From an uncultured Gemmatimonadales bacterium (GTDB taxonomy: Bacteria; Gemmatimonadota; Gemmatimonadetes; Longimicrobiales; RSA9), in assembly GCA_963783305.1 (NCBI GenBank), contig CAWAMW010000015.1, positions 224,001 through 288,000 of the forward strand: a DNA stretch of 64,000 nucleotides, written 5' to 3'. Positions 1-10,534 of the stretch are shown in pieces. Below the pieces are notes generated by a model, which saw only the letters and a list, made by a program, of their open reading frames with translations, was not told the DNA's origin and did no database searches. Position 1 is the stretch's first letter. The number at the start of each line of letters is the position of its first letter. The position numbers and the translations under genes are program-made.

Positions 1-1
1 T

Positions 2-907
2 CTGGAGCGGCTGGGGGGCTTCACGGTGACATCGCCGCCGGTGAAGATCGGCGATGACGACGTGCAGAAGGTGCTCGATCGACTCCGCGATCAGAACGCT
101 ACGTGGACGGAGCTTACGGAGGGAACGCCTCAGGAGGGCGATCGAACGAAAGTCGAGATCACGCCCCTCCACGGGGACGAGGAGGGTGCGCCGGAACCCC
201 GCGAGTACGAGGTGGTGCTGGGCGCGGGGGAGATCCTGGAGGATATCGACCAGGGGATCCGCACCCTCGGCCTGGGCGAGGAGGGCGAGTTCGTCATTGA
301 CCTTCCGGAGCCGCCGGACGCGGGGGAGGACGAGCCCGAGGAGCACCGGGTTCGAATCAAGCTGATCTCGGCATCGCGCCCGGCGCTCCCGGACGCGGAT
401 GACGAGTTCGCCCGGGAGCTGGGCGCCTTCGAGAGCATGGAGGACCTGCGGAACCGGGTCCGTGAGGACCTGACGACCGAGGCGGAGCGCGAGTCGAACC
501 GGGAGGTACGACGGCAGCTGATTCAGCACGTGCTGGAGGAAAACCCGTTCGAGGCGCCGCCGTCTCTGGTGGACCAGTATCTCGATAGTCTGCTGCAAGC
601 GCCGGAGGACGCGGACCCCGAGGAGATCGCGGCGGCGAAGCAGCAGGCGCGGCCGGCGGCCGAGCAGGCGGTGCGGCGGATGCTGGTGATCGAGCGGATC
701 GCGGAGCTGGAGAACCTGCACCCGACGGAGGATGATCTGGACCAGCGCGTGCAGGAGATCGCGGCCGAGAACGAGATCGAGCCGGCGGAGGTCCGGCGGC
801 AGCTTGCACAGTCGGGGCGGCTGCAGGCCCTCGCCTCCGATCTCATGGAGCAGCGGGTCTTTGAGTACCTGAAGTCTCTATCGACGATCGAAAAGGAAGG
901 CGAGTAG
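2..907 (+). CDS. tig: Trigger factor (5'-truncated by window edge)
   Basis: FKBP-like and C-terminal trigger-factor motifs ([30 protein letters not shown]); frame open to the window start; directly upstream of clpP-clpX. Confidence 0.93.
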   Translation: MERLGGFTVTSPPVKIGDDDVQKVLDRLRDQNATWTELTEGTPQEGDRTKVEITPLHGDEEGAPEPREYEVVLGAGEILEDIDQGIRTLGLGEEGEFVIDLPEPPDAGEDEPEEHRVRIKLISASRPALPDADDEFARELGAFESMEDLRNRVREDLTTEAERESNREVRRQLIQHVLEENPFEAPPSLVDQYLDSLLQAPEDADPEEIAAAKQQARPAAEQAVRRMLVIERIAELENLHPTEDDLDQRVQEIAAENEIEPAEVRRQLAQSGRLQALASDLMEQRVFEYLKSLSTIEKEGE

Positions 908-911
908 ATAC

Positions 912-1538
912 ATGCCAGTATATCCGCCGTACGTAATCGAGCGGACCAGCCGGGGTGAGCGCAGCTACGACATCTTCAGTCGGCTGCTCATGGACCGGAT
1001 CATCTTCCTCGGCACACCCATCAACGACGATGTGGCGAACCTCATCATCGCGCAGCTCCTTTTCCTGCAGGCGGACGACCCGGAGCGCGACATCTTCCTG
1101 TACATCAACTCGCCTGGCGGCTCGGTGTACGCCGGGCTGGCGATCTACGACACCATGCAGTACCTGACGGCGCCGGTGAACACGATGTGCATGGGCATGG
1201 CGGCGTCCATGGGCGCGCTGCTGCTGGCGGCGGGCGCGGAGGGGAAGCGGAGCGCGCTGCCGAACTCGCGGATCATGATCCACCAGCCCTCGGGCGGGAG
1301 CCGGGGGACGGCGGCGGACATCGAGATCCAGGCGCAGGAGATCCTGTACGCCCGGGAGCGGCTGAACCACATCATGGCGAAGCACACGGGTCAGTCGGTG
1401 GAGCAGATCGAGGCGGACGTGGACCGGGACCGGTTCATGAGTCCTGTGGAGGCCCGGGACTACGGGCTGATAGACAACGTCGTGACGAACCAGTCGGACG
1501 TCGCGGCGGTACCAGATCATAGCGGTTCAAGCGAGTAG
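912..1538 (+). CDS. clpP: ATP-dependent Clp protease proteolytic subunit
   Basis: [32 protein letters not shown] (catalytic Ser), RIMIHQP. Confidence 0.99.
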   Translation: MPVYPPYVIERTSRGERSYDIFSRLLMDRIIFLGTPINDDVANLIIAQLLFLQADDPERDIFLYINSPGGSVYAGLAIYDTMQYLTAPVNTMCMGMAASMGALLLAAGAEGKRSALPNSRIMIHQPSGGSRGTAADIEIQAQEILYARERLNHIMAKHTGQSVEQIEADVDRDRFMSPVEARDYGLIDNVVTNQSDVAAVPDHSGSSE

Positions 1539-1552
1539 GGAGCGGTAGCGCC

Positions 1553-2791
1553 ATGGCGAGCGACAAGCACCTGCGTTGTTCGTTCTGCGGGAAGTCGAAG
1601 GACTCGGTGAAGAAGTTCATCTCCGGGCCCTCCGTCTACATCTGCAACGAGTGCGTCTCTCTGTGCAACGAGATTCTCGCCGAGGAAGAAGAGCGCGAAG
1701 CGGCCGAATCGATGCCCCGGATCCCCACACCCATGGAGATCAAGGGCACGCTGGACGACTACGTGATCGGACAGGAGCCGGCGAAGAAGTCTCTGGCAGT
1801 GGCCGTGTACAACCACTACAAGCGGGTGAACCACCACGGCATCCTGGATGACGTGGAGATCGAGAAGTCGAACATCATGCTGCTGGGCCCGACGGGCGTG
1901 GGGAAGACGCTTCTGGCCCAGACGCTGGCGCGGATCCTCCAGGTCCCGTTCACGATCGCGGACGCGACCACGCTGACGGAGGCCGGCTACGTGGGCGAGG
2001 ACGTGGAGAACATCCTGGTGCGGCTGCTGCAGGCGGCGGACTTCAACATCGCCGAGTGCGAGCGTGGGATCGTGTACGTGGACGAGATCGACAAGGTGGC
2101 GCGGAAATCGGAGAACCCGAGCATCACGCGGGACGTGAGCGGGGAGGGAGTGCAGCAGGCGCTGCTGAAGATCCTCGAAGGGACGGTGGCCTCTGTACCG
2201 CCGCAGGGGGGTCGGAAGCATCCGCAGCAGGAGTACATCCAGATCGACACGCGCAACATCCTGTTCATCTGCGGTGGTGCGTTCGATGGTCTGGACAAGA
2301 TCATCGAGGCGCGGACCGGGAAGCGGCAGATCGGGTTCGCGGCGGCGGGCGAGGGATCGAAGCACAACGAGACGGATCCGTTCCGGGAGGTGGAGCCCGA
2401 GGATCTACTTCGTTTCGGTCTGATCCCGGAACTCGTGGGAAGGCTGCCGGTGACAGTGACGCTTCAGGCGCTGGAAGAGGAAGCGCTGGTGCGGATCCTC
2501 CAGGAGCCGAAGAACGCGCTGGTCAAGCAGTTCCAGAAGATGTTCGAGCTGGAGGGAATCGGCCTCACCTTCGACCCGGAAGCGCTGCGGGCCATTGCCA
2601 AGAAGGCGCTCGACCGCGGGACGGGGGCGCGCGGGTTGAGGGCCGTGCTGGAGGAGATGATGCGGGACATCATGTTCGAGATCCCGTCGCGTGATGATGT
2701 CCGTGAGGTGGTGGTGACGCCCGAAGCCGTCACGGAAGGGATCCCGCCGCTGCTGGTGCTGCGTCCGGAGAAGAAGAAGAAGGAGGCGTAG
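1553..2791 (+). CDS. clpX: Clp protease ATP-binding subunit ClpX
   Basis: Zinc finger CSFCGK..CNEC, Walker [24 protein letters not shown] loop. Confidence 0.99.
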   Translation: MASDKHLRCSFCGKSKDSVKKFISGPSVYICNECVSLCNEILAEEEEREAAESMPRIPTPMEIKGTLDDYVIGQEPAKKSLAVAVYNHYKRVNHHGILDDVEIEKSNIMLLGPTGVGKTLLAQTLARILQVPFTIADATTLTEAGYVGEDVENILVRLLQAADFNIAECERGIVYVDEIDKVARKSENPSITRDVSGEGVQQALLKILEGTVASVPPQGGRKHPQQEYIQIDTRNILFICGGAFDGLDKIIEARTGKRQIGFAAAGEGSKHNETDPFREVEPEDLLRFGLIPELVGRLPVTVTLQALEEEALVRILQEPKNALVKQFQKMFELEGIGLTFDPEALRAIAKKALDRGTGARGLRAVLEEMMRDIMFEIPSRDDVREVVVTPEAVTEGIPPLLVLRPEKKKKEA

Positions 2792-2800
2792 GCCCGCGTC

Positions 2801-3457
2801 GTGAGGATTCGCTCGGTCGAATTCGTCGGCGCGGTCGCCAAGCCGGGTGGCCCGGCGCCGCAGGGCCTGCCGGAAGTGGCGTTCTCCGGCCGCTCGAACG
2901 TGGGCAAGTCGAGTCTCATCAACCACCTGCTGCGCCGGACGCGAACGCCGATCGCGCGTGTTTCGAACACCCCGGGCAAGACCCGCGAGATCAATTTTTT
3001 CCAGGTGGATGCGCTGCCCGGCAAGGGTCCGGGCGCCGAGGAGCTCCCGAGCCCGTCCTCGGACTCCCTGGAGTTCTTCCTGGTGGACCTGCCCGGTTAC
3101 GGGTACGCCCGTGTCCCGGAACAACTGCGGTCGGTGTGGAAGCCATTGATCGAGACGTACCTGCGTCAGTCCGAGGCGCTCCGCGGCGTGCTGCAGCTCA
3201 TCGACGTGCGCCGGGAGCCGACGGACGACGACCTCCAGATGCTGACTTTCCTCGCCGAGCTGGGGGTCCCGACACTGGTCGTTCTGACGAAAGTGGACAA
3301 GCTTAAGCGGAGCGCCCGCGACCGTAAGATCCACGGGATCGTGGATCGGCTGGGGCTCGACATGGAGCAGGTCGTGCCGTTCTCTGCGCTGACCGGGGAG
3401 GGCCGCGACGAGCTGCTCACGGCAGTGGAGGGTCTCCTGCGATCCGAGGAAGCATGA
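2801..3457 (+). CDS. engB: Ribosome biogenesis GTPase YihA/EngB
   Basis: GRSNVGKSS, PGKTREINFF, DLPGYG, TKVDK. Confidence 0.96.
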   Translation: MRIRSVEFVGAVAKPGGPAPQGLPEVAFSGRSNVGKSSLINHLLRRTRTPIARVSNTPGKTREINFFQVDALPGKGPGAEELPSPSSDSLEFFLVDLPGYGYARVPEQLRSVWKPLIETYLRQSEALRGVLQLIDVRREPTDDDLQMLTFLAELGVPTLVVLTKVDKLKRSARDRKIHGIVDRLGLDMEQVVPFSALTGEGRDELLTAVEGLLRSEEA

Positions 3458-4104
3458 GACAGACGCTGGGGCCCCTGCCCCTGTTTGCGCTGTTCGCCGC
3501 GTGTGCGCCGGTGGCGCCGAAGCCGGCCGCCATCCCGCGTCCGGTGGACGACTCACCCCCAGTGGCCGAAGAGACTCGGCAAGACCTGCCGCCCGTCGGA
3601 CTCGGTAGTCTGCGGCAGAACGAGTTCTCGGTGGAGATCGTGGACCCGCCGCTGCACGTGAAGCTGACGCCGCTGGCGGAGGAGGTGATCCGGCTGGCGG
3701 CCCCGGATACGTATGAGCGGCTGCACGCGCTGTCGTCGAGTCGGGCCGCGGACGCGGAACGGATGACGGAAGCGTACGGAGCGGCGCTCTTCCTCGTCTC
3801 GTTCTTCAGTCGGGACGCGAACGTCGCATACCGGCCGGAGGAGCTGACACTGACACACCGGGGGAGGGTGCTGCGTCCCGTGGGCATCATTCCGCTGACT
3901 ACGGGCTGGGGCCGCCAGCTGCTGCAGCCGCAGCAGACGCAGAGCGCCATCTATGTGTTCGAGCCGGCGTTCGATTATGCGTTGTCGCTCACGATGCGGT
4001 ATGGTCTGAAGGACAGCGAGGACTGGCAACGCGAGATCGTGCCGTTGCTGGAAGAGGAGCGGGCGCGTGTGGCCTCCCGGGCGGGAGCCAGAAGCGGCGG
4101 CTGA
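3454..4104 (+). CDS. Hypothetical lipoprotein
   Basis: ATGA overlap with engB stop; signal peptide ending in lipobox-like LFAAC. Confidence 0.7.
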   Translation: MRQTLGPLPLFALFAACAPVAPKPAAIPRPVDDSPPVAEETRQDLPPVGLGSLRQNEFSVEIVDPPLHVKLTPLAEEVIRLAAPDTYERLHALSSSRAADAERMTEAYGAALFLVSFFSRDANVAYRPEELTLTHRGRVLRPVGIIPLTTGWGRQLLQPQQTQSAIYVFEPAFDYALSLTMRYGLKDSEDWQREIVPLLEEERARVASRAGARSGG

Positions 4105-4148
4105 CGGAGCGCGGCCGAACGCGGCCGGGGCGGCGGTCGTTTCGCCCC

Positions 4149-5738
4149 TCAGAGCGGAATGTCGTACTCCTTGATCTTCCGATAGAGTGTGCGCTCGCCG
4201 ATCCCAAGGACCTCCGCGGCCTCGCGACGGTTCCCGCCCACTTCCTTCAGCACCGCAGTGATGGTCTCCCGCTCGACGTCCTTCATGCTCATGCCCGGCT
4301 TGAAGACGACGACCCGCTCCTCATCGAGGTCGTCCGGGTCGTCCGGGTCATCGAAGCCGTGCCCGGCGGGGCCGTGGAGCGGCGAGGAGACATCGCGTCC
4401 CATGGCGTCCTCGAGGTAGGAATAGGGCAGGGGCAGCGACGTGGGAGACGTTGTGTGCTGCTGCTGGTACTCCTCGAACCCGCTTTTCAGGTCCTCCACG
4501 TCCAGCCGCAGTTGAAGCAGCATTCGAAAGATGAACTCGAGGGCGGGACCCGAGCCGCCGTCCTCGCCGGAGGTATTGACGCGGGGCATGACCGGCGCAG
4601 GCAGGTTCGGCGTTGAGCCCGGCGTCCTGATGGAGGGCGGAATATCGGCTGGCGTGATGGTGCGACCGGACATCATGACGACCACGGACTCCACGAGGTT
4701 GCGGAGCTCCCGGATGTTCCCTGGCCAGTCGTGCTTCATGAGCAGCGCCATGGCCTCGGGCGTAATGTCGACGGGGCTAAGGTCGTGCTCCCGGCTGGTG
4801 GTACTCATGAACTCGTCCACCAACAGGGGAATGTCCTCCCGCCGCTGTCGGAGCGGCGGGAGCTCGATGTGGAGTACGTTCAGGCGGTAGTAGAGATCGC
4901 GGCGGAACTCGCCCAGCTCCACCTGGTGGCGGAGGTGACGGTTGGTGGCCACCACCACCCGAACATCCACCCGGATCGGCGCCTCGCCGCCGACGCGCAT
5001 GAACTCCCGCTGCTCGATCACGCGGAGCAGCTTGGTCTGTGTGGCGAGGGGCATCTCCCCGATCTCGTCGAGGAACAGGGTGCCCTTGTCCGCGAGCTCG
5101 AAGAGGCCCTTCCGCTGTGCAATGGCGCCGGTGAAGGCGCCCTTCTCGTGCCCGAAGAGTTCGGACTCCAGCAGGGTATCGGCGAGGGCGGCGACGTTCG
5201 CGGCGATGAAAGGCTTGTGTCGCCGGGGTGAGAGGACGTGGATCCCGCGAGCGACCAGCTCCTTCCCCGTTCCGCTCTCGCCGGTGATGAGGACGTTGGA
5301 CTTCACCGGCGCCATCTGAGTGATGCGCTCAAGGACCTCGATCATGGCGTCCGTCTCGCCGACGATGCCCGTGAGCTCGCGGAGACGCTTCCGCTCGATG
5401 AGTCGTTTCCCCGCGAGCGCCACGTCCTCGATATCCAGGGGCTTGATGAAGGTCTCCATCAGCCCGAGCCGGGTGCGGAGGGACGGTGGCACTTCCTCGG
5501 CGGACTCGGTGATTCCCATGATGGGAAGCCGGTCGAGCGCGGCCGCCTCGTCGGCAAGGCGGCGTGCGCGCTTACCGTCCAGGCCGCCGGTCAGGATGAG
5601 GAGCACCGGGTCCTCGACGTCGGCGATCTCCTCCGAGGGGGTCAACAGCTCCACCGGCATCTTGCGCGCGGCGTACGCATCGCGGAGCCGCACGGCGGTC
5701 TCCAGGTCGGTGGTCGTGATGAGTACGCGCTCAGCCAT
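4149..5738 (-). CDS. Sigma54-dependent activator (degenerate receiver-like N-terminus, AAA+, Fis HTH)
   Basis: GESGTGKE, ESELFGHEKGAFTGA, DWPGNIREL, C-terminal LGIGERTLYRK; start set at MAERVL. Confidence 0.93.
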   Translation of the reverse strand: MAERVLITTTDLETAVRLRDAYAARKMPVELLTPSEEIADVEDPVLLILTGGLDGKRARRLADEAAALDRLPIMGITESAEEVPPSLRTRLGLMETFIKPLDIEDVALAGKRLIERKRLRELTGIVGETDAMIEVLERITQMAPVKSNVLITGESGTGKELVARGIHVLSPRRHKPFIAANVAALADTLLESELFGHEKGAFTGAIAQRKGLFELADKGTLFLDEIGEMPLATQTKLLRVIEQREFMRVGGEAPIRVDVRVVVATNRHLRHQVELGEFRRDLYYRLNVLHIELPPLRQRREDIPLLVDEFMSTTSREHDLSPVDITPEAMALLMKHDWPGNIRELRNLVESVVVMMSGRTITPADIPPSIRTPGSTPNLPAPVMPRVNTSGEDGGSGPALEFIFRMLLQLRLDVEDLKSGFEEYQQQHTTSPTSLPLPYSYLEDAMGRDVSSPLHGPAGHGFDDPDDPDDLDEERVVVFKPGMSMKDVERETITAVLKEVGGNRREAAEVLGIGERTLYRKIKEYDIPL

Positions 5739-6234
5739 GATCGGGGTGGGTGCGGGTATCGTCGCCGCGAAGCAGCTGAACGGCGTGCTGGACAAAGGTA
5801 TCGAGGACCGCCAGTCCTTCGCGGACGGCCTTCGTGCTTCCGGGGAGGTTCACGATCAATGTGCGAGCGCGTATGCCGGCCACGCCCCGCGAGAGCCACG
5901 CCGTGGGGGTGGCGGCCGACCCCGCCGAACGGAGCGCCTCAGCGACCCCCGGGGCGGGTTTCTGGATCACGGCGCTGGTGGCCTCCGGGGTCACGTCGCG
6001 CTCGGTGAACCCGGTTCCGCCGGTGGTGATGACCAGATCGATTGCGCCACGGTCCGCCATGGACGCGAGGTGCCCCTGGATCTGGAGGCGGTCGTCCGGC
6101 GTGACCGCGTGCTCCACCAGGACGTGGCCGCTCCGCTCCGACCACGCCCGTATGGCCTCTCCGCTGGTATCCTCGCGCTCCTGGCGGCTGGCCGCATCGG
6201 AAATCGTGAGGATGGCCAGGCGGATCGGCTCCAT
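5731..6234 (-). CDS. mogA: Molybdopterin adenylyltransferase, MogA/MoaB family
   Basis: ILTISD, DTSG, TTGGTGFTERDVTPEA, NLPGS; start at MEPIRL. Confidence 0.9.
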   Translation of the reverse strand: MEPIRLAILTISDAASRQEREDTSGEAIRAWSERSGHVLVEHAVTPDDRLQIQGHLASMADRGAIDLVITTGGTGFTERDVTPEATSAVIQKPAPGVAEALRSAGSAATPTAWLSRGVAGIRARTLIVNLPGSTKAVREGLAVLDTFVQHAVQLLRGDDTRTHPDHG

Positions 6235-6238
6235 GGGA

Positions 6239-7351
6239 TCAGCGACGGAGCGACCCCTCGGTGTAAAAGGGTGGCCGCACGACTTCGGCCGGTATGGCCC
6301 TGTCGCGGATGACCACCTCGATGGCGGTCCCGGGCTTCGCGGCCGCGATCGGCACGTACCCCATGCCGACGCCCTTGCCTGTGGAATGGCTGAGCACACC
6401 GCTCGTCACCTCCCCCGCTGGCTCACCCTGGTAGCGGATCTCGTAGCCGTGCCGCGGGAAGCCCCGCTCGGCGAGGACGAACCCGACCAGCTTTTCCGTG
6501 AGCCCCTGCTCCTTCTGACGGGCGAGGGCATCGCGGCCGATGAAGTCTCCGCTGTCGAGCTTGACGACCCACCCGAGATTCGCCTCCAGCGGCGTCCGCC
6601 GCTCGTCGAGGTCGTTGCCGTAGAGGATGTAGCCGACCTCGAGGCGCAGCGAGTCGCGGGCGCCGAGGCCGGCCGGGATGAGGCCATCATCCCGCCCGGC
6701 GTCCAGGAGCGCGTTCCATACGTGGGCGGCATCGGCGGCGGCCACGTACAGCTCGAAGCCGTCCTCGCCGGTGTAGCCCGTCCGGCTGATGATGGCGTCG
6801 CGGCCGGCGACAGTGCCCTCCCGGAACCGGTAGAAGCCGATGGCGTCCAGGTCGATGTCGGTGAGGCGGGCGAGGATCGGCTGCGCCTTCGGCCCCTGGA
6901 GCGCCAGGAGCCCGAACTCGTCGGAGCGGTCGGTGAACTCCACATCGAAGTCCTTCGCCGCGCGCTCGAACCAGGCGCGATCCTTGTCGAGGTTGCCGGC
7001 GTTCACCACGACCATGTAGTGGTCCTCGAAGCGGTACACGATGCAGTCGTCGAGGGCGGTTCCGTCCTCCTGACAGAGGACCGTGTACTGGGCCTGGCCG
7101 ACCTCGAGGCGGGAGGCGTCATTGGTGAGCAGGTGCTGGACGAGGTCGAGCGCCTGCGGGCCCCGGACATCGAACTCGCCCATGTGGGAGACATCGAACA
7201 GGCCGGCGTCGTTCCGCACCGCCTGGTGCTCCTTAACGATCCCGGTTGGATACTGGACGGGCATGGCGTAGCCCGCGAACGGGACCAGCTTGGCGTCCAG
7301 CTTCTCGTGCTCCCCGTGGAGCGGCGTGTTCTTCAGTGCCTGATCGGCCAT
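6239..7351 (-). CDS. gcvT: Glycine cleavage system aminomethyltransferase T
   Basis: GLFDVSHMGE, SRTGYTGEDGFE, GLGARDSLRLE. Confidence 0.98.
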   Translation of the reverse strand: MADQALKNTPLHGEHEKLDAKLVPFAGYAMPVQYPTGIVKEHQAVRNDAGLFDVSHMGEFDVRGPQALDLVQHLLTNDASRLEVGQAQYTVLCQEDGTALDDCIVYRFEDHYMVVVNAGNLDKDRAWFERAAKDFDVEFTDRSDEFGLLALQGPKAQPILARLTDIDLDAIGFYRFREGTVAGRDAIISRTGYTGEDGFELYVAAADAAHVWNALLDAGRDDGLIPAGLGARDSLRLEVGYILYGNDLDERRTPLEANLGWVVKLDSGDFIGRDALARQKEQGLTEKLVGFVLAERGFPRHGYEIRYQGEPAGEVTSGVLSHSTGKGVGMGYVPIAAAKPGTAIEVVIRDRAIPAEVVRPPFYTEGSLRR

Positions 7352-7352
7352 G

Positions 7353-8258
7353 TCACACCCCCATCAAATGAGCCATGATCGCCTTCTGGGCGTGGAGCCG
7401 GTTCTCGGCTTCGTCCCATACCCGGGACCGCTTCCCTTCGAAGACGTCCTCGGTCACCTCCTCGCCGCGATGGGCGGGGAGGCAGTGGAGGAAGATGGAC
7501 TCGGACGCGGCGGCCGCCATCATCTCCCCGGATACCTGGAACCCCTGGAAGACGCGCATCCGCTCCTGCTGCTCTTCCTCCTGTCCCATGGAGGCCCAGA
7601 CGTCGGTGGTAATGACGTCTGCGCCCTCGGCCGCCTCCATGGGGTCGTGGGTGAGCATGATTGTGGCGGTGCCGCGGGCGCGCTCGAAGATCTCCTTGTC
7701 CGGCTCGTACCCTTCCGGTGTGGCGATGCGGACTTCGAGGCCGAAACGGTAGGCGGCGTTCAGCCACGAATTGGCCATGTTGTTGCCGTCCCCGATCCAG
7801 GCCACCTTCTTCCCGCTGAGGTCCCGGCCGAACTCCTCCTGGATGGTCATGACATCGGCCATGACCTGGCAGGGGTGCAGGAGATCGGTGAGGCCGTTGA
7901 TGATGGGGATGGAGCCGTAGTGGGCGAGCTCGACCAGGTCGTTCTGATCGAAGGTGCGGATCATGACGCCATCCAGGTACCGCGACAGGACACGAGCGGT
8001 GTCCCGGATCGGCTCACCGCGCCCGAGCTGAAGGTCGCGGGCGGAGAGGAAGAGGGCGTGGCCGCCGAGCTGGTACATGCCCACCTCGAAGGAGACGCGC
8101 GTGCGGGTCGAGCTCTTCTGGAAGATCATGCCCAGGGTCTTGCCAGCCAGCGGTTTCCCGGCCTCTTTGCCGGATTTCAGCCTGTGGGCGAGGTCCAGGA
8201 GGTCGTAGAGCTGATCGGTATCGAAGTCGGGGATCGCCAGGAAATGCTTGATATCCAT
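7353..8258 (-). CDS. argF: Ornithine carbamoyltransferase
   Basis: SSTRTRVSFE, HPCQ, DVWASMG, FLHCLP, AENRLH. Confidence 0.97.
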   Translation of the reverse strand: MDIKHFLAIPDFDTDQLYDLLDLAHRLKSGKEAGKPLAGKTLGMIFQKSSTRTRVSFEVGMYQLGGHALFLSARDLQLGRGEPIRDTARVLSRYLDGVMIRTFDQNDLVELAHYGSIPIINGLTDLLHPCQVMADVMTIQEEFGRDLSGKKVAWIGDGNNMANSWLNAAYRFGLEVRIATPEGYEPDKEIFERARGTATIMLTHDPMEAAEGADVITTDVWASMGQEEEQQERMRVFQGFQVSGEMMAAAASESIFLHCLPAHRGEEVTEDVFEGKRSRVWDEAENRLHAQKAIMAHLMGV

Positions 8259-8328
8259 CCGTGCCTCACCCATTGAGTGCCAAAATTGCAGTCCGGACGA
8301 GGAACGTATCGAGTGGCCCGAGAGGCGT

Positions 8329-8357
8329 AAAGGCCACGGGCGGGCGCTCCCGTGGCC
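8329..8357 (-). terminator. Possible intrinsic terminator after hslU
   Basis: 9-bp GC stem GGCCACGGG/CCCGTGGCC followed by only a short T run on the minus strand. Confidence 0.4.
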
Positions 8358-8368
8358 GGCCTCGCGGC

Positions 8369-9934
8369 TCAGAGGATGTAGCGTCGCAGGTCGTCGTCGT
8401 CGATGACGGCGCGGAGGCGTTCACGGACCATGGCGCCGTCCACTCGCACGCTCTCCTGTCCCGAGTCCGGTAGCTCGAAGAGGAGCTCCTCGAGGAGGGT
8501 GGTCATGACGGTATGGAGCCGCCGGGCGCCGATGTTCTCCATGCGCTCGTTGACCTCGGCGGCGATGCGTGCGATCTCGCGAATCGACTCGTCATCGAAC
8601 TCGAGCTCCACGCCCTCGGATGCGATGAGGGCCTGGTACTGCCGGACGAGGGCGTTCCTGGGCTCCTGGAGGATGCGGACGAAATCCGCCTCGGTGAGCG
8701 CCTTCAGCTCGACGCGAATGGGGAAACGGCCCTGGAGCTCGGGGATCATGTCGCTGGGCTTGGCGACGTGGAAGGCGCCGGCAGCGACGAATAGGACGTG
8801 GTCGGTGCGAACCATGCCGTACTTGGTCTGGACGGTGCTCCCCTCGACGATGGGCAGCAGGTCGCGCTGCACGCCCTCGCGGCTCACGTCGGGGCCCGGC
8901 CCGGACCCACTGCGCTCGCCCACGACCTTGTCCACCTCGTCGAGGAAGACGATGCCGGTGTCCTCGGTGCGGTCGAGGGCCTCGTTGATGACCTCGTCCA
9001 TGTCCACGAGCCGGTCAAGCTCGTCCTGGAGGAGGATCCGGCGGGCCTCGGCGATGCTCACGGTGCGCCGCTTCTTCTTCTTCGGCAGCATGTCCTGAAG
9101 CATCTCGGTGAAATTGAAGTCCATGCCATCCATGCCGCCGCCCATGGGCATCATCATGCCATCGATGGACGCCGACTGCTGGACCTCCACGTCCACCATG
9201 CGCTCCTCGAGCTTCCCGTCCTGCAGGAGCTTGCGCAGCTTCTCGCGGGTGCGCTTGCGACGCTCCGAGCCGTCACCCTCCGCACCGGAGGACTGCTCCT
9301 GCGCGGCCCCGCTGGAGCCGACGACGAAGGCGCGAACGCTCGCGCCGGAGCCCTCCTCCATCGGAGCGGAGCCGGGGGCGCCTTCCTCGACCGGGGGGAG
9401 GAGCAGGTCGAGAAGCCGGTTCTCAACGCCTTCCTTCGCCTGCTCCTCGACCTCCGCCTCCCGCTCGTCCCGGACCAGGTTGACGGCCACGTCCACGAGA
9501 TCGCGGACGATGGACTCCACGTCCCTCCCGACGTAGCCGACCTCCGTAAACTTCGACGCTTCGACCTTCACGAACGGAGCGCCCGCCAGGCGCGCTAGAC
9601 GCCGGGCGATCTCGGTCTTCCCCACCCCCGTGGGCCCGATCATGATGATGTTGTTGGGCATGATCTCGTCGCGCAGGTCCTCGGGCGCCTGCTGCCGGCG
9701 CCAGCGGTTGCGGAGCGCGATGGCCACCGCCTTCTTGGCGGCATCCTGACCCACGATGTACGTGTCCAGCTCCGCCACAATCTGTCGCGGCGTCAGCTCG
9801 TCCAGCCACGCGGGGGCGGCGCCATCTCCGGCCGCGCCATCCCCGGCGGCCCCCTGGTCGGCGGCCCCCTGGTCAGCGGCGCTTTCATCGGGACGGCTCT
9901 CGGTGGTATCCAGGCCCAGCTCCATATCAGTCAT
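8369..9934 (-). CDS. hslU: HslUV protease ATPase subunit
   Basis: [43 protein letters not shown]-terminal RRYIL. Confidence 0.98.
   Translation of the reverse strand: MTDMELGLDTTESRPDESAADQGAADQGAAGDGAAGDGAAPAWLDELTPRQIVAELDTYIVGQDAAKKAVAIALRNRWRRQQAPEDLRDEIMPNNIIMIGPTGVGKTEIARRLARLAGAPFVKVEASKFTEVGYVGRDVESIVRDLVDVAVNLVRDEREAEVEEQAKEGVENRLLDLLLPPVEEGAPGSAPMEEGSGASVRAFVVGSSGAAQEQSSGAEGDGSERRKRTREKLRKLLQDGKLEERMVDVEVQQSASIDGMMMPMGGGMDGMDFNFTEMLQDMLPKKKKRRTVSIAEARRILLQDELDRLVDMDEVINEALDRTEDTGIVFLDEVDKVVGERSGSGPGPDVSREGVQRDLLPIVEGSTVQTKYGMVRTDHVLFVAAGAFHVAKPSDMIPELQGRFPIRVELKALTEADFVRILQEPRNALVRQYQALIASEGVELEFDDESIREIARIAAEVNERMENIGARRLHTVMTTLLEELLFELPDSGQESVRVDGAMVRERLRAVIDDDDLRRYIL
9815..9880 (-). 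repeat. 15-bp coding repeat (about 4 units) in the hslU N-terminal extension
   Basis: Encodes AADQG-AADQG-AAGDG-AAGDG-AA. Confidence 0.75.
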
Positions 9935-10488
9935 CAATCTTTCGATCCGTCCAGCTCGAGGACGGTGATGTTGCGGTTGGTGTAAATGCAGATGTCGCTG
10001 GCGATCTCGAGAGAGCTCCGTACGATGGCGGCGGCATCCAGAGCGGCGTGGACCTTCATGGCGCGAGCGGCCGCGAGGGCGTAGCCACCGCCGCTGCCGA
10101 TGGCGACGATCTCGTCATCGGGCTCGATGACGTTGCCATCGCCGCTCACGAGGAAGAGGTGGTCGGCGTCGGCGACGGCGAGGAGGGCCTCGAGCCGGCG
10201 CAGATAGCGATCGGTGCGCCAGTCCTTGGCGAGCTCCACGACCGCGCGCGGGAGGTTGCCGGGATAGCGCTCCAACTTCTCCTCGAACTTCTCGAAGAGG
10301 GTGAACGCGTCGGCCACGGAGCCCGCGAAGCCGGCCAGGATGCGGCCGTCCTTGAGCTTCCGGACCTTCCGGGCGCTGCCCTTCATGACCGTGTCGCCCA
10401 TGGTGACCTGGCCATCGCCGCCCAGGGCCACGCGGCCGTCATGTCGGACGGCTACGATCGTCGTTGCGTGCATTTGGTTCTTGCTCAT
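9934..10488 (-). CDS. hslV: HslUV protease peptidase subunit
   Basis: Short propeptide then [31 protein letters not shown]. Confidence 0.98.
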   Translation of the reverse strand: MSKNQMHATTIVAVRHDGRVALGGDGQVTMGDTVMKGSARKVRKLKDGRILAGFAGSVADAFTLFEKFEEKLERYPGNLPRAVVELAKDWRTDRYLRRLEALLAVADADHLFLVSGDGNVIEPDDEIVAIGSGGGYALAAARAMKVHAALDAAAIVRSSLEIASDICIYTNRNITVLELDGSKD

Positions 10489-10534
10489 GTCTATGCTGTA
10501 CCCCGCGCCCGCGTCGGGTTTCCCGGGAGACGCA

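Noticed and set aside
8274..8292. ARG box or sigma54 site upstream of argF
   Set aside because: Spacing fits neither consensus
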